Part shown: one piece after another, positions 1 through 9,978 of the stretch
Layout of the letters: each line of letters starts with the position of its first letter
How positions within the stretch are numbered: the first letter of the stretch is position 1
DNA from: Flavobacteriales bacterium
GTDB lineage: Bacteria > Bacteroidota > Bacteroidia > Flavobacteriales > Flavobacteriaceae
DNA length: 64,000 bases
Direction of reading: 5' to 3'
Assembly (NCBI GenBank): GCA_038202695.1
Contig: JBBRET010000011.1
Coordinates: 6,544 to 70,543, forward strand
Notes under the pieces: generated by a model
What the model saw: the letters and a program-made list of their open reading frames with translations, nothing else
Told to the model about the DNA's origin: nothing
Database searches by the model: none
Position numbers and translations under genes: made by a program

Positions 1-350
1 ATGATTATTTAGATGCTTTCGGAAATCCAGAAACCTTCGGAAAGCAAGTAGGTGGCGATATTATCGAAAACAAAAAAACCTATTTATACTTAAAAGCAAT
101 GCAGTTTTCTAATGCTGCCGGAAAAGAACAGTTACTCCATTTATTTTCAATTCAGCCTAGCGATAATACTGATAAAATCAATTCAGTTAAAGAAATTTTC
201 AATCAATCAGGAGCCAGTGAAGCCACTCAAAAATCGATAGAAGAGTACACTTTCAAAGCTTTTGAGACTTTAGATAAAATTAATATTAGTGATGATAAAA
301 AAGCAATTTTAAAAGCTTTTGGTCAAAACCTAATGAGCAGAAGCGTATAG
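1..350 (+). CDS. Polyprenyl synthetase (isoprenyl diphosphate synthase), 3' part; 5' end lies outside the window
   Basis: The frame is open from base 3 and reads DYLDAFGNPETFGKQVGGDIIENKKTYL before the tracked ORF at 99. This is the second Asp-rich region and GxDxxxxKxT motif of trans-prenyltransferases. Confidence 0.85.
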   Translation, partial: DYLDAFGNPETFGKQVGGDIIENKKTYLYLKAMQFSNAAGKEQLLHLFSIQPSDNTDKINSVKEIFNQSGASEATQKSIEEYTFKAFETLDKINISDDKKAILKAFGQNLMSRSV

Positions 351-375
351 AAATTAGCTGTTTTTATAACATTAA

Positions 376-1089
376 ATGAGCATAACTTATTTTTTCAACA
401 ACCAAAATCACCAACCGAAAGTCCAAGTAATATTGGCTTTTTTCTTCACCATTTTTACAATAGTAGCTTTGGGAATTGATTCTGTGCTTTTCACAAATCA
501 CTATTTTGATGCAAGAGGAATTACCAATGTTTTAGCGCTACTTTATTTTGGATTATTATTTTTCACTGCCAATGCTACCTTAAGAAAACTCATGCTGGTC
601 ATGGTGCCGCTTTCTTATATCGGTGAGATTATTTTTTGTAAAATTTTAGGATTGTATCAGTATAGAACTGATTTTATTCCATTGTATGTTCCTTTTGGAC
701 ATGCTATTGTATATGCTTCAGGATTTATTTTTGCTTCGACAAAATGGGCCATTAAAAATGAAAAAAGCATTCGGATTTTCTTTATAACATTCTTTATACT
801 GTTGTTTTGTGCTGTTGGATTCGGACTCAATGATCAGTTCTCTTTACTTTTTGGAGCCTTTTTCTTTTTTCTTTTAAAAAGGAAACGATGGCAAAATTTG
901 TATTGTTTTATTGCGCTTTGCGTTATCTTTATAGAAATGGTAGGAACCTATTTTCAATGTTGGACCTGGTATTCTAAAACCTTTGGTATTATTTCTACGG
1001 TAAATCCGCCAATGGGCGCAGTGTTTTTTTATGCTGGTGGCGATGTGTTATTGGTTAAAATAATTGCGTATTGGGATAAAAAAAAGTAA
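376..1089 (+). CDS. Hypothetical multi-pass membrane protein
   Basis: 237-aa ORF with about 7 hydrophobic segments; no family recognised with confidence. Confidence 0.6.
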   Translation: MSITYFFNNQNHQPKVQVILAFFFTIFTIVALGIDSVLFTNHYFDARGITNVLALLYFGLLFFTANATLRKLMLVMVPLSYIGEIIFCKILGLYQYRTDFIPLYVPFGHAIVYASGFIFASTKWAIKNEKSIRIFFITFFILLFCAVGFGLNDQFSLLFGAFFFFLLKRKRWQNLYCFIALCVIFIEMVGTYFQCWTWYSKTFGIISTVNPPMGAVFFYAGGDVLLVKIIAYWDKKK

Positions 1090-1103
1090 AGTATACACAC
1101 AAA

Positions 1104-1457
1104 ATGAATTTTATTACACCCATATCATCAGATCATTTACTTTCGGAAGCCGAAAAAGAAAACTTGTATTTCAAATTAATTGAACAACTTAATAAAGATT
1201 TCAATTTAGCCAATGAAGCAATAGATATTCCGCAAAGCACAAGTCCGGTAGCATTAAAAATTCAGCTTCACGAAAAAATCTACAGACTAATTCAATACAA
1301 ATACACCGAATTACTCAACTTACTCTACATCATCGACGTTCCCGAAGAAAATCTGAAACAATTAGACGGCGCTGATACCGCAGTGCTTTCTGAACAAGTT
1401 TCTTTCTTGATTTTAAAACGAGAATGGATGAAAGTATGGTTTCGGAATAAGTATTAA
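1104..1457 (+). CDS. Conserved hypothetical protein
   Basis: 117-aa ORF, co-oriented and closely spaced with its neighbours; soluble, helical composition. Confidence 0.6.
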   Translation: MNFITPISSDHLLSEAEKENLYFKLIEQLNKDFNLANEAIDIPQSTSPVALKIQLHEKIYRLIQYKYTELLNLLYIIDVPEENLKQLDGADTAVLSEQVSFLILKREWMKVWFRNKY

Positions 1458-1535
1458 AGTTATTTACCGTAAAAATTTAACAACTGTTTATTTATAGGGT
1501 ATTATTTTTTTAATAATTTTATAAAAACATTTCCT

Positions 1536-3581
1536 ATGAAAAAATCCCTACTCTTAATTTTACAGTTATGCTTTGTGTGTCAAGTTGCTGTAGCACAAGA
1601 ATTTATTACTACATGGAGTAAGCCATTAAATATAACAACTATTTCTTTTACAGCAACCACCACTGGACCTGTTGCTTACACTTGGCAAACACTTTCCCCT
1701 GCGCCACCAGCTTCAGGTTCGGGTACTTTTATTGGTCCTGATGTTACCATATCAGGATTGCCTGCTGCAACGGGCATTCGATTACTTATTCAGCCGCAAA
1801 ATTTTAAAAGATTTAGAGTAGTTCCTTTTTCTTCTTTTCAATCATTAGAAGATGTTAATCAGTGGGGAAGTGTAGTGTGGAGTAGTATGGAAGATGCTTT
1901 TATAGGAGAAAGCACCCTGCAAGTTACGGCGACTGATATTCCAAATTTAACGCAAGTTACAAGTTTAGCGAACATGTTTTATTTTTGTCAAGGTCTTAAT
2001 TCCCCCTTCAATCTTAATGCGTGGAATATTTCAAATGTTACGAACTTGTCCGGAATGTTCAAGGATTGTTATGAATTTAATCAGTCGTTAAGTTTATGGA
2101 ATACTTCAAATGTAACCAACATGTCGAGCATGTTTATGGGCGCTTCAGTATATAATCAAAATATGAGTAATTGGAATACGGCAAATGTAACTAACATGGA
2201 AAACATGTTTAAAGGAGCATACGCATTTAATAGAAACATAGGAAATTGGAATACAGCAAATGTAAATAACATGGCAGGAATGTTTGGAGCTTTTGGATTG
2301 GGAGGTATATTTATGACATTCAATCAAAATATTAGTAATTGGAATACTGGTTCTGTAACTACTATGTCTGGAATGTTCAAAGGAGCCATAAACTTCAATC
2401 AGAATATTGGGAATTGGAATACTGCAAATGTGACTGATATGTCAGAAATGTTTCAAAAGGCAAATGCTTTCAATCAAAATATTGGAAATTGGAATACAAC
2501 AAATGTTACCAATATGGCACGAATGTTTGCCAATGATTTAGTGACTTTTCAAGTTGAAGATCCTTATGCTTTTACCAACGGTGGCAGTAATAGTATTCAA
2601 AACTGGAACACCGCCAATGTTACTAACCTGTCGGGGATGTTTTTAAGGTCAAATTCATTTAATTATAGTCTTGGGAATTGGGATTTAAATGCAAATGTCA
2701 ATTTAACCCAAATGTTTGATAGATCGGGATTGGATTGCAAAAATTATTCGCAAACATTAATTGATTGGAGTAACAATCCCAATACACCAACTAATAAAAT
2801 TTTAGGTGCCACTTTTATGAATTACGGTCCAGAAGCCCAGAGTGCTGTTACTAATTTAACATTGAACAAAGCATGGGGTTTTTCAGGTCACGATTTCAAT
2901 AGTATTACGCCCTCTTTCGATTTTCCGAATGTGTTTTGTCAAGGAGCCACAATTCCGGCCTTACCCGTTATATCAGAAAACGGGATACAAGGTATTTGGG
3001 AACCGCCTTTAAATTCTGAAACCACAGCTACTTATACTTTCATTCCCATCCTCGGACAATGCGCTGAGACAACAAGTATAAATATTACTATAAATCCAAT
3101 TGCTTCGCCTGTTGGAAATTCAAATCAAACTTTGGGAAATAGTAGTACACTTGCAAACATTGTAATTAGTCCATCAAACGTAATTTGGTTTGCTACTGTA
3201 GAAGATGCTTTGGCAAACGTTAATGCATTATCATCAAATTTAGCTTTAGTTGATGGAACAACTTATTATGCTGTAAATGATAACGGTCAATGCAGAAGTC
3301 AACCGTTCCCCGTTACTGTGTCGGTTACTTTAAGTGCGGACACTATCGAGAGGAAGTCTTTGAAATTTTATCCAAATCCAGTAACTTCTGTGCTGCAAAT
3401 TTCATATAATAATCTAATCAGTTCTATAGAAATTTATAACATTTTAGGGCAACTTTTAATTCGTGAAACACTCAATTCAACTAATGTTAGTATTGAAATG
3501 ACCGATTTAGCAAGTTCCATATATCTTGTAAAAATAAAATCTGAAAATCAAACAGGAGAATTTAAAGTTGTGAAGCAGTAA
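1536..3581 (+). CDS. BspA-like / DUF285 (WNTxNVTxMxxMF) repeat surface protein with T9SS type A C-terminal sorting domain
   Basis: Signal peptide (VAVA-Q); about nine ~25-aa repeats WNxxNVTxMxxMFxxAxxFNQxIxx; C-terminal FYPNPV...IEIYNILGQ...YLVKI...KVVKQ T9SS CTD. Confidence 0.85.
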   Translation: MKKSLLLILQLCFVCQVAVAQEFITTWSKPLNITTISFTATTTGPVAYTWQTLSPAPPASGSGTFIGPDVTISGLPAATGIRLLIQPQNFKRFRVVPFSSFQSLEDVNQWGSVVWSSMEDAFIGESTLQVTATDIPNLTQVTSLANMFYFCQGLNSPFNLNAWNISNVTNLSGMFKDCYEFNQSLSLWNTSNVTNMSSMFMGASVYNQNMSNWNTANVTNMENMFKGAYAFNRNIGNWNTANVNNMAGMFGAFGLGGIFMTFNQNISNWNTGSVTTMSGMFKGAINFNQNIGNWNTANVTDMSEMFQKANAFNQNIGNWNTTNVTNMARMFANDLVTFQVEDPYAFTNGGSNSIQNWNTANVTNLSGMFLRSNSFNYSLGNWDLNANVNLTQMFDRSGLDCKNYSQTLIDWSNNPNTPTNKILGATFMNYGPEAQSAVTNLTLNKAWGFSGHDFNSITPSFDFPNVFCQGATIPALPVISENGIQGIWEPPLNSETTATYTFIPILGQCAETTSINITINPIASPVGNSNQTLGNSSTLANIVISPSNVIWFATVEDALANVNALSSNLALVDGTTYYAVNDNGQCRSQPFPVTVSVTLSADTIERKSLKFYPNPVTSVLQISYNNLISSIEIYNILGQLLIRETLNSTNVSIEMTDLASSIYLVKIKSENQTGEFKVVKQ

Positions 3582-3697
3582 TTAATTGTTTTTTAGGTAG
3601 TCAAAATATTTGGTGCTAACTACCTTTTTGATGCAAACTATTCCCTTTTTTATGAATCGATTTTTAAAAGATACTGCTTATTGGAATTGATTAAATA

Positions 3698-4246
3698 TTA
3701 GAAAAACACTCTAACAAACGGCATAAACGCACTGCCATAAATGTCTTTTTCTTTGTCAAAAAGCACGTTGATTCTTCCGCCGACAATAATATTATCTTGA
3801 CGGTAACCTCCGCCAAGGTACAAACCCGTATTCCAAAAACTGCGATTCAAATTGCCGCCTAAATCAAAATAGCGGTTGTTAACATTTGTTTCCTCAACTT
3901 CTAAAGACAGCTGAACTTCTTCAATAGGATTGAATAAGCCAATTAAACTAGCACCAAAAACATTTGAAGAATAATAGTTTTTCTGTTTCAGATAACTGTA
4001 TTGGATACCCGTTCCTAAAGCGATATACTCATTAAAATTATAAATGGCACTTGGAGCAACAGTAATGTTGGTATAGCCATTTCCAATTCCCAGACCAAGA
4101 CCACCGCCAAATTGTACATTCTCCCAAAAAGCACCTGTTTTAGCTTTTGGTAGTGGTTTTTCTTGCGCAGAAGCAACTGTAGTTTGAAGAAATAGTACAA
4201 TCAACAACATTACTCTCGTTAGTGTTTTGATAGTATTCTTTTTCAT
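3698..4246 (-). CDS. Putative outer-membrane beta-barrel protein
   Basis: Signal peptide (ASA-Q), alternating amphipathic strands (VQFGGGLGLG, LYLGGGYR), C-terminal Phe. Confidence 0.6.
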   Translation of the reverse strand: MKKNTIKTLTRVMLLIVLFLQTTVASAQEKPLPKAKTGAFWENVQFGGGLGLGIGNGYTNITVAPSAIYNFNEYIALGTGIQYSYLKQKNYYSSNVFGASLIGLFNPIEEVQLSLEVEETNVNNRYFDLGGNLNRSFWNTGLYLGGGYRQDNIIVGGRINVLFDKEKDIYGSAFMPFVRVFF

Positions 4247-4311
4247 GGTAGTATATATTTAATTAGCGATATAAATGTATTAAAAACATTGAAAGATTAT
4301 TACAAATATCA

Positions 4312-4319
4312 TACTTTTG
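4312..4319 (+). promoter_or_regulatory. Bacteroidetes housekeeping-sigma -7 element upstream of sucA
   Basis: TACTTTTG matches TAnnTTTG, 40 nt before the ATG. Confidence 0.6.
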
Positions 4320-4359
4320 CAATTGATTTTCTAACACAAAGATTATTTACTCGTAAGAT

Positions 4360-7131
4360 ATGGATAGGTTTTCCTTTTTAAACGCAGCACATACCGAATT
4401 TTTCGCCCAATTATACGACCAATACCTTCAAAATCCAGATAGCGTGGAGCCAAGTTGGAGATCCTTTTTTCAGGGTTTTGACTTTGGGATGTCAACGTAT
4501 AACGAAGAAAATGCTGTATCAGAATTGGCACATTATGCTGCTGCTGTTCCGGCAAACGGACAGGTTTCAGCCAAACTTCAAAAAGAGTTTGATGTATTGA
4601 AATTGATTGACGGCTACCGAACACGTGGGCATCTGTTTACCGAAACAAACCCGGTACGTGAGAGAAGACTGTATGTTCCCAATTTAGATTTAGAAAATTT
4701 CGGATTATCAGTAGCTGATTTAGATACCGTTTTTGACGCAGCTAAAGTATTGGGTCATCAACCCAAATCACTAAAGGAAATCATTGCCCATCTTAAAAAT
4801 GTATATTGCCAACACATTGGTATTGAATACATGTACATGAGAAAGCCGGATGTAATTCAGTGGATTCAAAACCGAATCAACATCAATGATAACCTTCCGA
4901 ATTTTGATGAAAACCAAAAAAAGCACATCCTGGGCAAACTGAATGAAGCCGTGTCATTTGAGAACTTTTTGCATACCAAATACGTAGGTCAAAAACGATT
5001 TTCTCTCGAAGGTGGCGAAAGCTTGATTCCGGCACTAGATGCTTTGATTGAATCGGCAGCCGAAAAAGGCGTGGCTCATTTTGTAATGGGAATGGCACAC
5101 AGAGGACGTTTGAACGTGTTAGCCAATATCTTCGGAAAACCAACTCAGGATATTTTCTCTGAATTTGACGGAAAAGATTACGATCAAGAATATTTCGATG
5201 GAGATGTAAAATACCATTTGGGTTTAACATCAGAACGAAATACCAAATCAGGTAAAAAAATCAATATTAATTTAGCTCCCAATCCATCACACCTAGAAAC
5301 TGTTGGTGCCGTGATTGAAGGAATTACTCGAGCTAAACAAGATAAATATTTTCCAGACGATTTCTCTAAAGTGCTGCCCATTGCCGTTCATGGTGATGCT
5401 GCAGTTGCCGGACAAGGAATTGTATATGAAATTGTGCAAATGGCGCAATTAGACGGATACAAAACAGGGGGTACAATTCACATCGTGATTAACAATCAAG
5501 TTGGATTTACAACCAATTATCAAGACGCACGTTCTTCGGTTTATTGTACAGATGTGGCCAAAGTTACTTTGTCACCGGTGCTTCATGTTAATGCAGACGA
5601 TGTAGAGGCTGTGGTACATGCCATGCTTTTTGCGTTAGATTTTAGAATGGCGTTTGGACGTGATGTGTTTATCGATTTATTAGGATATAGAAAATACGGA
5701 CATAATGAAGGTGATGAGCCACGATTTACCCAGCCCGTTTTATATAAATTGATTGCAAAGCATCAAAATCCAAGAGATATTTATGCCGAGAAATTAATTG
5801 CTGCCAACATTGTAGACGCGTCTTATTTGACTAAAATTGAAAATGATTACAAAGAAAAGTTAGACGAAAATCTGACGGCTTCCCGTAAAAAAGACTTAAC
5901 CATTATCAAACCATTTATGCAAGATGAATGGCAAGGTTATGTACAGGTTTCAGATGAAGAAATGCTAAAAAAAGTAGACACTACTTTTGATCATAAAAAA
6001 TTAGATGAAATCATCGTTTCAGTTTCAACATTGCCTTCAGATAAAAAATTCATCAACAAAATATCTAAAATTGTAGTCGATAGGAAAACGATGTATGATA
6101 ATGATGTTATCGATTGGGGAACAGCTGAAACCTTGGCATACGGAACCTTGTTGACCGAAGGATATGACGTTCGTGTCTCCGGACAAGATGTTGAAAGAGG
6201 AACTTTTTCGCACCGTCATGCCGTTGTAAAAGTAGAAGATAGCGAAGAAGAAGTTGTTTTATTAGAGGCAATTAAAGGTAAAAAAGGGAAATTCAATATT
6301 TTCAATTCGTTACTTTCAGAATATGGTGTTTTAGGATTTGATTACGGATATGCTTTAGCCAATCCAAATGCATTGACGATTTGGGAAGCACAATTTGGGG
6401 ATTTCTCTAATGGTGCCCAAATTATGATTGACCAATACATTTCCTGCGGGGAAGATAAATGGAACAACCAAAACGGAATCGTATTGTTATTGCCTCACGG
6501 TTACGAAGGACAAGGTGCAGAACACTCTTCTGCAAGAATGGAGCGTTACTTGCAACTTTGTGCTCGTCACAATATGTTTGTCGCCGATTGTACTACACCA
6601 GCCAATTTCTTTCACCTGCTTCGCCGCCAAATGAAAACGAAATTCCGAAAACCATTAGTAGTATTCACGCCAAAAAGTTTATTGCGTCACCCATTGTGCG
6701 TTTCTACTCGTGAAGATTTATTCAATGGAAGTTTCCAAGAAACAATTGATGATGCATCAGTTGATAAGAAAAAAGTAAAAACGGTGGTTTTTTGTACCGG
6801 AAAATTTTATTACGATATTTTAGCCGAAAGAGAAAAATTAAGCAGAAACGACGTAGCTTTTGTTCGCCTCGAGCAGTTGTTTCCGTTACCAGTTGATCAA
6901 TTAAAGTCGATTATTGCGAGTTATCCAAATGCGGACGATTTCGTTTGGGCACAAGAAGAACCGAAGAATATGGGAGCTTACAGTTATATGTTGATGAATT
7001 TCGATTTGGTAAAATGGAGATTAGCATCACGTAAAGCTTATGCTGCACCAGCCGCAGGAAGTCATACCAGAGACAAAAGACGTCACGCCGATGCCATCAG
7101 AATGGTTTTTGATAAAAATTTGTTTCAATAA
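4360..7131 (+). CDS. sucA: 2-oxoglutarate dehydrogenase E1 component
   Basis: Motifs GQKRFSLEG, GMAHRGRLNVL, HGDAAVAGQG, LLPHGYEGQGAEHSSARMER; 923 aa. Confidence 0.98.
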   Translation: MDRFSFLNAAHTEFFAQLYDQYLQNPDSVEPSWRSFFQGFDFGMSTYNEENAVSELAHYAAAVPANGQVSAKLQKEFDVLKLIDGYRTRGHLFTETNPVRERRLYVPNLDLENFGLSVADLDTVFDAAKVLGHQPKSLKEIIAHLKNVYCQHIGIEYMYMRKPDVIQWIQNRININDNLPNFDENQKKHILGKLNEAVSFENFLHTKYVGQKRFSLEGGESLIPALDALIESAAEKGVAHFVMGMAHRGRLNVLANIFGKPTQDIFSEFDGKDYDQEYFDGDVKYHLGLTSERNTKSGKKININLAPNPSHLETVGAVIEGITRAKQDKYFPDDFSKVLPIAVHGDAAVAGQGIVYEIVQMAQLDGYKTGGTIHIVINNQVGFTTNYQDARSSVYCTDVAKVTLSPVLHVNADDVEAVVHAMLFALDFRMAFGRDVFIDLLGYRKYGHNEGDEPRFTQPVLYKLIAKHQNPRDIYAEKLIAANIVDASYLTKIENDYKEKLDENLTASRKKDLTIIKPFMQDEWQGYVQVSDEEMLKKVDTTFDHKKLDEIIVSVSTLPSDKKFINKISKIVVDRKTMYDNDVIDWGTAETLAYGTLLTEGYDVRVSGQDVERGTFSHRHAVVKVEDSEEEVVLLEAIKGKKGKFNIFNSLLSEYGVLGFDYGYALANPNALTIWEAQFGDFSNGAQIMIDQYISCGEDKWNNQNGIVLLLPHGYEGQGAEHSSARMERYLQLCARHNMFVADCTTPANFFHLLRRQMKTKFRKPLVVFTPKSLLRHPLCVSTREDLFNGSFQETIDDASVDKKKVKTVVFCTGKFYYDILAEREKLSRNDVAFVRLEQLFPLPVDQLKSIIASYPNADDFVWAQEEPKNMGAYSYMLMNFDLVKWRLASRKAYAAPAAGSHTRDKRRHADAIRMVFDKNLFQ

Positions 7132-7157
7132 TTAGGATGTATCCTGAATTTAATTTC

Positions 7158-7176
7158 TCTGAATTTATTTCAGAGT
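7158..7176 (+). repeat. REP-like palindrome (CTGAAnTTnTTTCAG family), copy 1
   Basis: CTCTGAA-TTTAT-TTCAGAG inverted repeat; related copies at 8707, 33829, 36388 and 54414. Confidence 0.55.
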
Positions 7177-7268
7177 TTTAGGAGCTATTCCTGCCGGCAG
7201 CCAGGTCCCGCTTTCCATTGCAATTCCCGATGAAAAATCGGGAGATTTTCACTGCAATCGGGGCTAAA
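7177..7268 (+). ncRNA. Structured intergenic repeat, Flavo-1-like, copy 1
   Basis: TTTAGGAGC...CCCGCTTTCCATTGCAAT-[TCCCGA TGAAAAA TCGGGA hairpin]-GATTTTCACTGCAATCGGGGCTAA; shares core blocks with three other copies. The Flavo-1 identity is recalled from the literature, not searched. Confidence 0.55.
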
Positions 7269-7311
7269 AATATAACAACATTTAAAATTCATAATTTAAA
7301 ATATAATTAGG

Positions 7312-8535
7312 ATGATTTTAGAAATGAAAGTCCCTTCACCGGGCGAATCGATAAAAGAAGTTGAAATCGCAACATGGTTGGTAAAAGATGGCGATTATGT
7401 AGAAAAAGACCAAGCCATTGCTGAGGTTGATTCTGATAAAGCAACCTTAGAATTGCCAGCTGAAGCTAGCGGTATCATTACCCTAAAAGCTGAAGAAGGT
7501 GATGCTGTGGCTGTGGGTGCCATTGTATGCTTAATTGATACTAGTGCAGCCAAACCAAGTGGTCCTGTTGCAGCCAAAGAAGAGGTTAAAGCGGCGCCAA
7601 CTGTTGAGGCTCCAAAAAAGCAAGAGGTCAAAGCGGTGCCAGTAGCTGAGGCATCTTATGCTGCTCAAACGCCATCGCCGGCAGCTAAGAAAATATTAGA
7701 CGAAAAAAATATCCAACCCGCAGATGTTGTTGCTACTGGAAAAGGAGGTAGAATTACCAAAGATGACGCAGTAAATGCTGTGCCGTCTATGGGAACTCCA
7801 ACTGGTGGAAACCGTGGTTCTGAAAGAAGTAAATTATCTATGTTGCGTCGTAAAGTAGCGGAAAGATTGGTATCTGCTAAAAATGAAACCGCCATGTTAA
7901 CCACGTTTAATGAAGTGGATATGACAGCCATTTACGCGTTACGGGAACAATATAAAGAAGAATTCAAAGCCAAACACGGATTAGGATTAGGGTTCATGTC
8001 GTTCTTCACCAAAGCAGTTACTAGAGCATTACAACTCTATCCAGATGTTAACTCAATGATTGACGGGCAAGAGAAAATTTCCTATAATTTCTGTGATATT
8101 TCTGTTGCAGTTTCTGGTCCAAAAGGATTAATGGTTCCAGTTATGCGAAGCGCAGAAACATTATCATTCCGCGGAGTAGAAGCTGAAATCAAAAGATTGG
8201 CAATACGGGCACGTGACGGACAAATCACTGTAGATGAAATGACGGGCGGAACATTCACCATTTCAAACGGAGGTGTTTTCGGAAGCATGTTGAGCACGCC
8301 AATTATTAATCCGCCACAATCGGGTATTTTAGGAATGCACAATGTGGTAGAACGAGCGATTGTTAAAAACGGTCAAATCGTAATTGCACCAGTTATGTTT
8401 GTAGCCTTATCGTATGATCATCGAATTATTGACGGACGTGAGTCTGTTGGTTTCTTGGTTGCTGTGAAAGAAGCCTTAGAAAAACCAGAAGAATTATTGA
8501 TGGACAACAACGTTAAGAAGGCTTTAGAGCTGTAA
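7312..8535 (+). CDS. sucB: 2-oxoglutarate dehydrogenase E2, dihydrolipoyl succinyltransferase
   Basis: Lipoyl motif EVDSDKAT, E3-binding TGKGGRITKDD, catalytic LSYDHRIIDGRE. Confidence 0.98.
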   Translation: MILEMKVPSPGESIKEVEIATWLVKDGDYVEKDQAIAEVDSDKATLELPAEASGIITLKAEEGDAVAVGAIVCLIDTSAAKPSGPVAAKEEVKAAPTVEAPKKQEVKAVPVAEASYAAQTPSPAAKKILDEKNIQPADVVATGKGGRITKDDAVNAVPSMGTPTGGNRGSERSKLSMLRRKVAERLVSAKNETAMLTTFNEVDMTAIYALREQYKEEFKAKHGLGLGFMSFFTKAVTRALQLYPDVNSMIDGQEKISYNFCDISVAVSGPKGLMVPVMRSAETLSFRGVEAEIKRLAIRARDGQITVDEMTGGTFTISNGGVFGSMLSTPIINPPQSGILGMHNVVERAIVKNGQIVIAPVMFVALSYDHRIIDGRESVGFLVAVKEALEKPEELLMDNNVKKALEL

Positions 8536-8571
8536 CGTTTTTTCCGCCTCGACCGAGGCGCCTATATATTT

Positions 8572-8602
8572 AAATCCCGTTTCATTTTGAAGCGGGATTT
8601 TT
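8572..8602 (+). terminator. Rho-independent terminator after sucAB
   Basis: AAATCCCGTTTC-ATTTT-GAAGCGGGATTT hairpin followed by T residues. Confidence 0.75.
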
Positions 8603-8618
8603 CGTTTATTTGCATTCC

Positions 8619-8697
8619 GCGTTAGGGATTGCAGTGTAAATCCTTTTGTTTTTTGCAAAAGATTGGAACGAAAAGCCCGACCCTTGTGGTAACGCCC
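8619..8697 (-). ncRNA. Structured intergenic repeat, Flavo-1-like, copy 2
   Basis: Minus strand reads GGGCGTT...CGGGCTTTTCGTTCCAATC-TTTTG CAAAAAA CAAAAG-GATTTACACTGCAATCCCTAACGC; same core and nested stems as copy 1. Confidence 0.55.
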
Positions 8698-8706
8698 AGA
8701 AATTGA

Positions 8707-8728
8707 GCTACGGAAATAAATTCAGCAT
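8707..8728 (-). repeat. REP-like palindrome, decayed copy 2
   Basis: Minus strand reads ATGCTGAATTTATTTCCGTAGC; one arm is degenerate compared with ATGCTGCATTTATTTCAGCAT at 36388. Confidence 0.45.
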
Positions 8729-8730
8729 AA

Positions 8731-9978
8731 ATGAAAAAAGACCAAAAACAAGCTGCGATAGGATTTATTTTTATCACGATGCTTATTGATATTACGGGTT
8801 GGGGAATCATCATTCCGGTGATACCCAAATTGATTGCGGAACTTATTCATGGCGACATCAGCGAAGCATCAAAATATGGAGGTTGGTTGACTTTTGCTTA
8901 TGCCATAACGCAATTCGTTTTTGCTCCATTAATTGGAAATTTAAGCGACAAATACGGTCGACGGCCCATAATCTTGATTTCGCTTTTTGCCTTTGCTTTA
9001 GACTATCTTTTATTGGCTTTTTCACCAACGATTATTTGGCTTTTTGTGGGAAGAATTATTGCAGGTTTAACAGGCGCAAGCATTACGACAGCATCTGCTT
9101 ATATTGCGGATGTTAGCACGCCCGAAAACAGAGCGAAAAACTTCGGAATGATTGGAGCTGCTTTTGGACTCGGATTTATTATTGGTCCAGTAATCGGTGG
9201 ATTATTGGGTCAGTTTGGCTCTAGAGTTCCTTTTTATGCTGCAGCAATTTTGTGTTTTTTAAACTTTTTATATGGTTATTTTATTTTACCAGAATCGCTG
9301 TCAAAAGAAAACAGAAGAACATTTGAATGGAAACGAGCCAATCCAATTACGGCAATTTCTAGATTGAAAAAGCATCCAACGTTACTAGGTTTAATTAGTG
9401 CCATATTTCTTCTCTATGTTGGTTCGCATGCTGTTCATAGCAATTGGAGTTTTTATACCATGTATCGTTTCAATTGGGACGAAAAAATGGTCGGAATCTC
9501 TCTAGGAGCAGTTGGGCTTTTGGTCGGAATTGTGCAAGGTGGATTAATCCGATGGACAAGTCCGAGATTAGGAAATGAAAAAAGCATTTACATTGGTTTA
9601 GCGCTTTACACTATCGGAATGTTACTTTTTGCTTTTGCGACCCAAAGTTGGATGATGTTTGTATTTTTAATTCCGTATTGTTTAGGAGGAATCGCTGGTC
9701 CGGCATTGCAAGCTACCGTTTCGTCAAAAGTTCCAGCAAATGAACAAGGAGAAATTCAAGGGACAATGGCGAGTTTAATGAGTGCTTCAGCGATTATTGG
9801 ACCTCCCTTAATGACCAATAGTTTTTACTATTTCACTCATGATGAAGCGCCATTCAAACTACCAGGAGCGCCATTTATTTTGGGAAGCATTTTGATGTTA
9901 GTGAGTACAGTTATTGCTTATTATTCACTCAAAAAACATTTTACTTCAAATACAAACAATGATTATAATAATCAATAA
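8731..9978 (+). CDS. MFS transporter, TetA/DHA1 (TCR/Tet) family
   Basis: Motif A ([13 protein letters not shown]) and motif C ([16 protein letters not shown]); about 12 TM segments. Confidence 0.9.
   Translation: MKKDQKQAAIGFIFITMLIDITGWGIIIPVIPKLIAELIHGDISEASKYGGWLTFAYAITQFVFAPLIGNLSDKYGRRPIILISLFAFALDYLLLAFSPTIIWLFVGRIIAGLTGASITTASAYIADVSTPENRAKNFGMIGAAFGLGFIIGPVIGGLLGQFGSRVPFYAAAILCFLNFLYGYFILPESLSKENRRTFEWKRANPITAISRLKKHPTLLGLISAIFLLYVGSHAVHSNWSFYTMYRFNWDEKMVGISLGAVGLLVGIVQGGLIRWTSPRLGNEKSIYIGLALYTIGMLLFAFATQSWMMFVFLIPYCLGGIAGPALQATVSSKVPANEQGEIQGTMASLMSASAIIGPPLMTNSFYYFTHDEAPFKLPGAPFILGSILMLVSTVIAYYSLKKHFTSNTNNDYNNQ

Noticed and set aside
1471-1485. AAAAATTTAACAACT upstream of the BspA-like gene matches part of the duplicated ECF-locus leader
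   Set aside because: Only 15 low-complexity bases, and no GGTAAC-N16-TNATAT motif upstream; chance is plausible.
1866-2650. Regularly spaced TGGAATAC...AATGT repeats that could look like a CRISPR array
   Set aside because: They are the coding DUF285/BspA repeats, in frame, with degenerate third positions; there are no identical repeats with unique spacers and no cas genes.
3698-4246. Possible metabolic role suggested by adjacency to sucA
   Set aside because: The signal peptide and barrel pattern are incompatible with a cytoplasmic decarboxylase; it is divergently transcribed.
8545-8560. GC-rich mini-hairpin CGCCTC-GACC-GAGGCG after sucB
   Set aside because: Single short copy with no U-tail; it could be a repeat remnant but there is too little evidence.
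8731-9978. Acquired tetracycline resistance gene
   Set aside because: Generic TetA-family MFS with host-like composition, no tetR and no mobile element; the substrate cannot be inferred.
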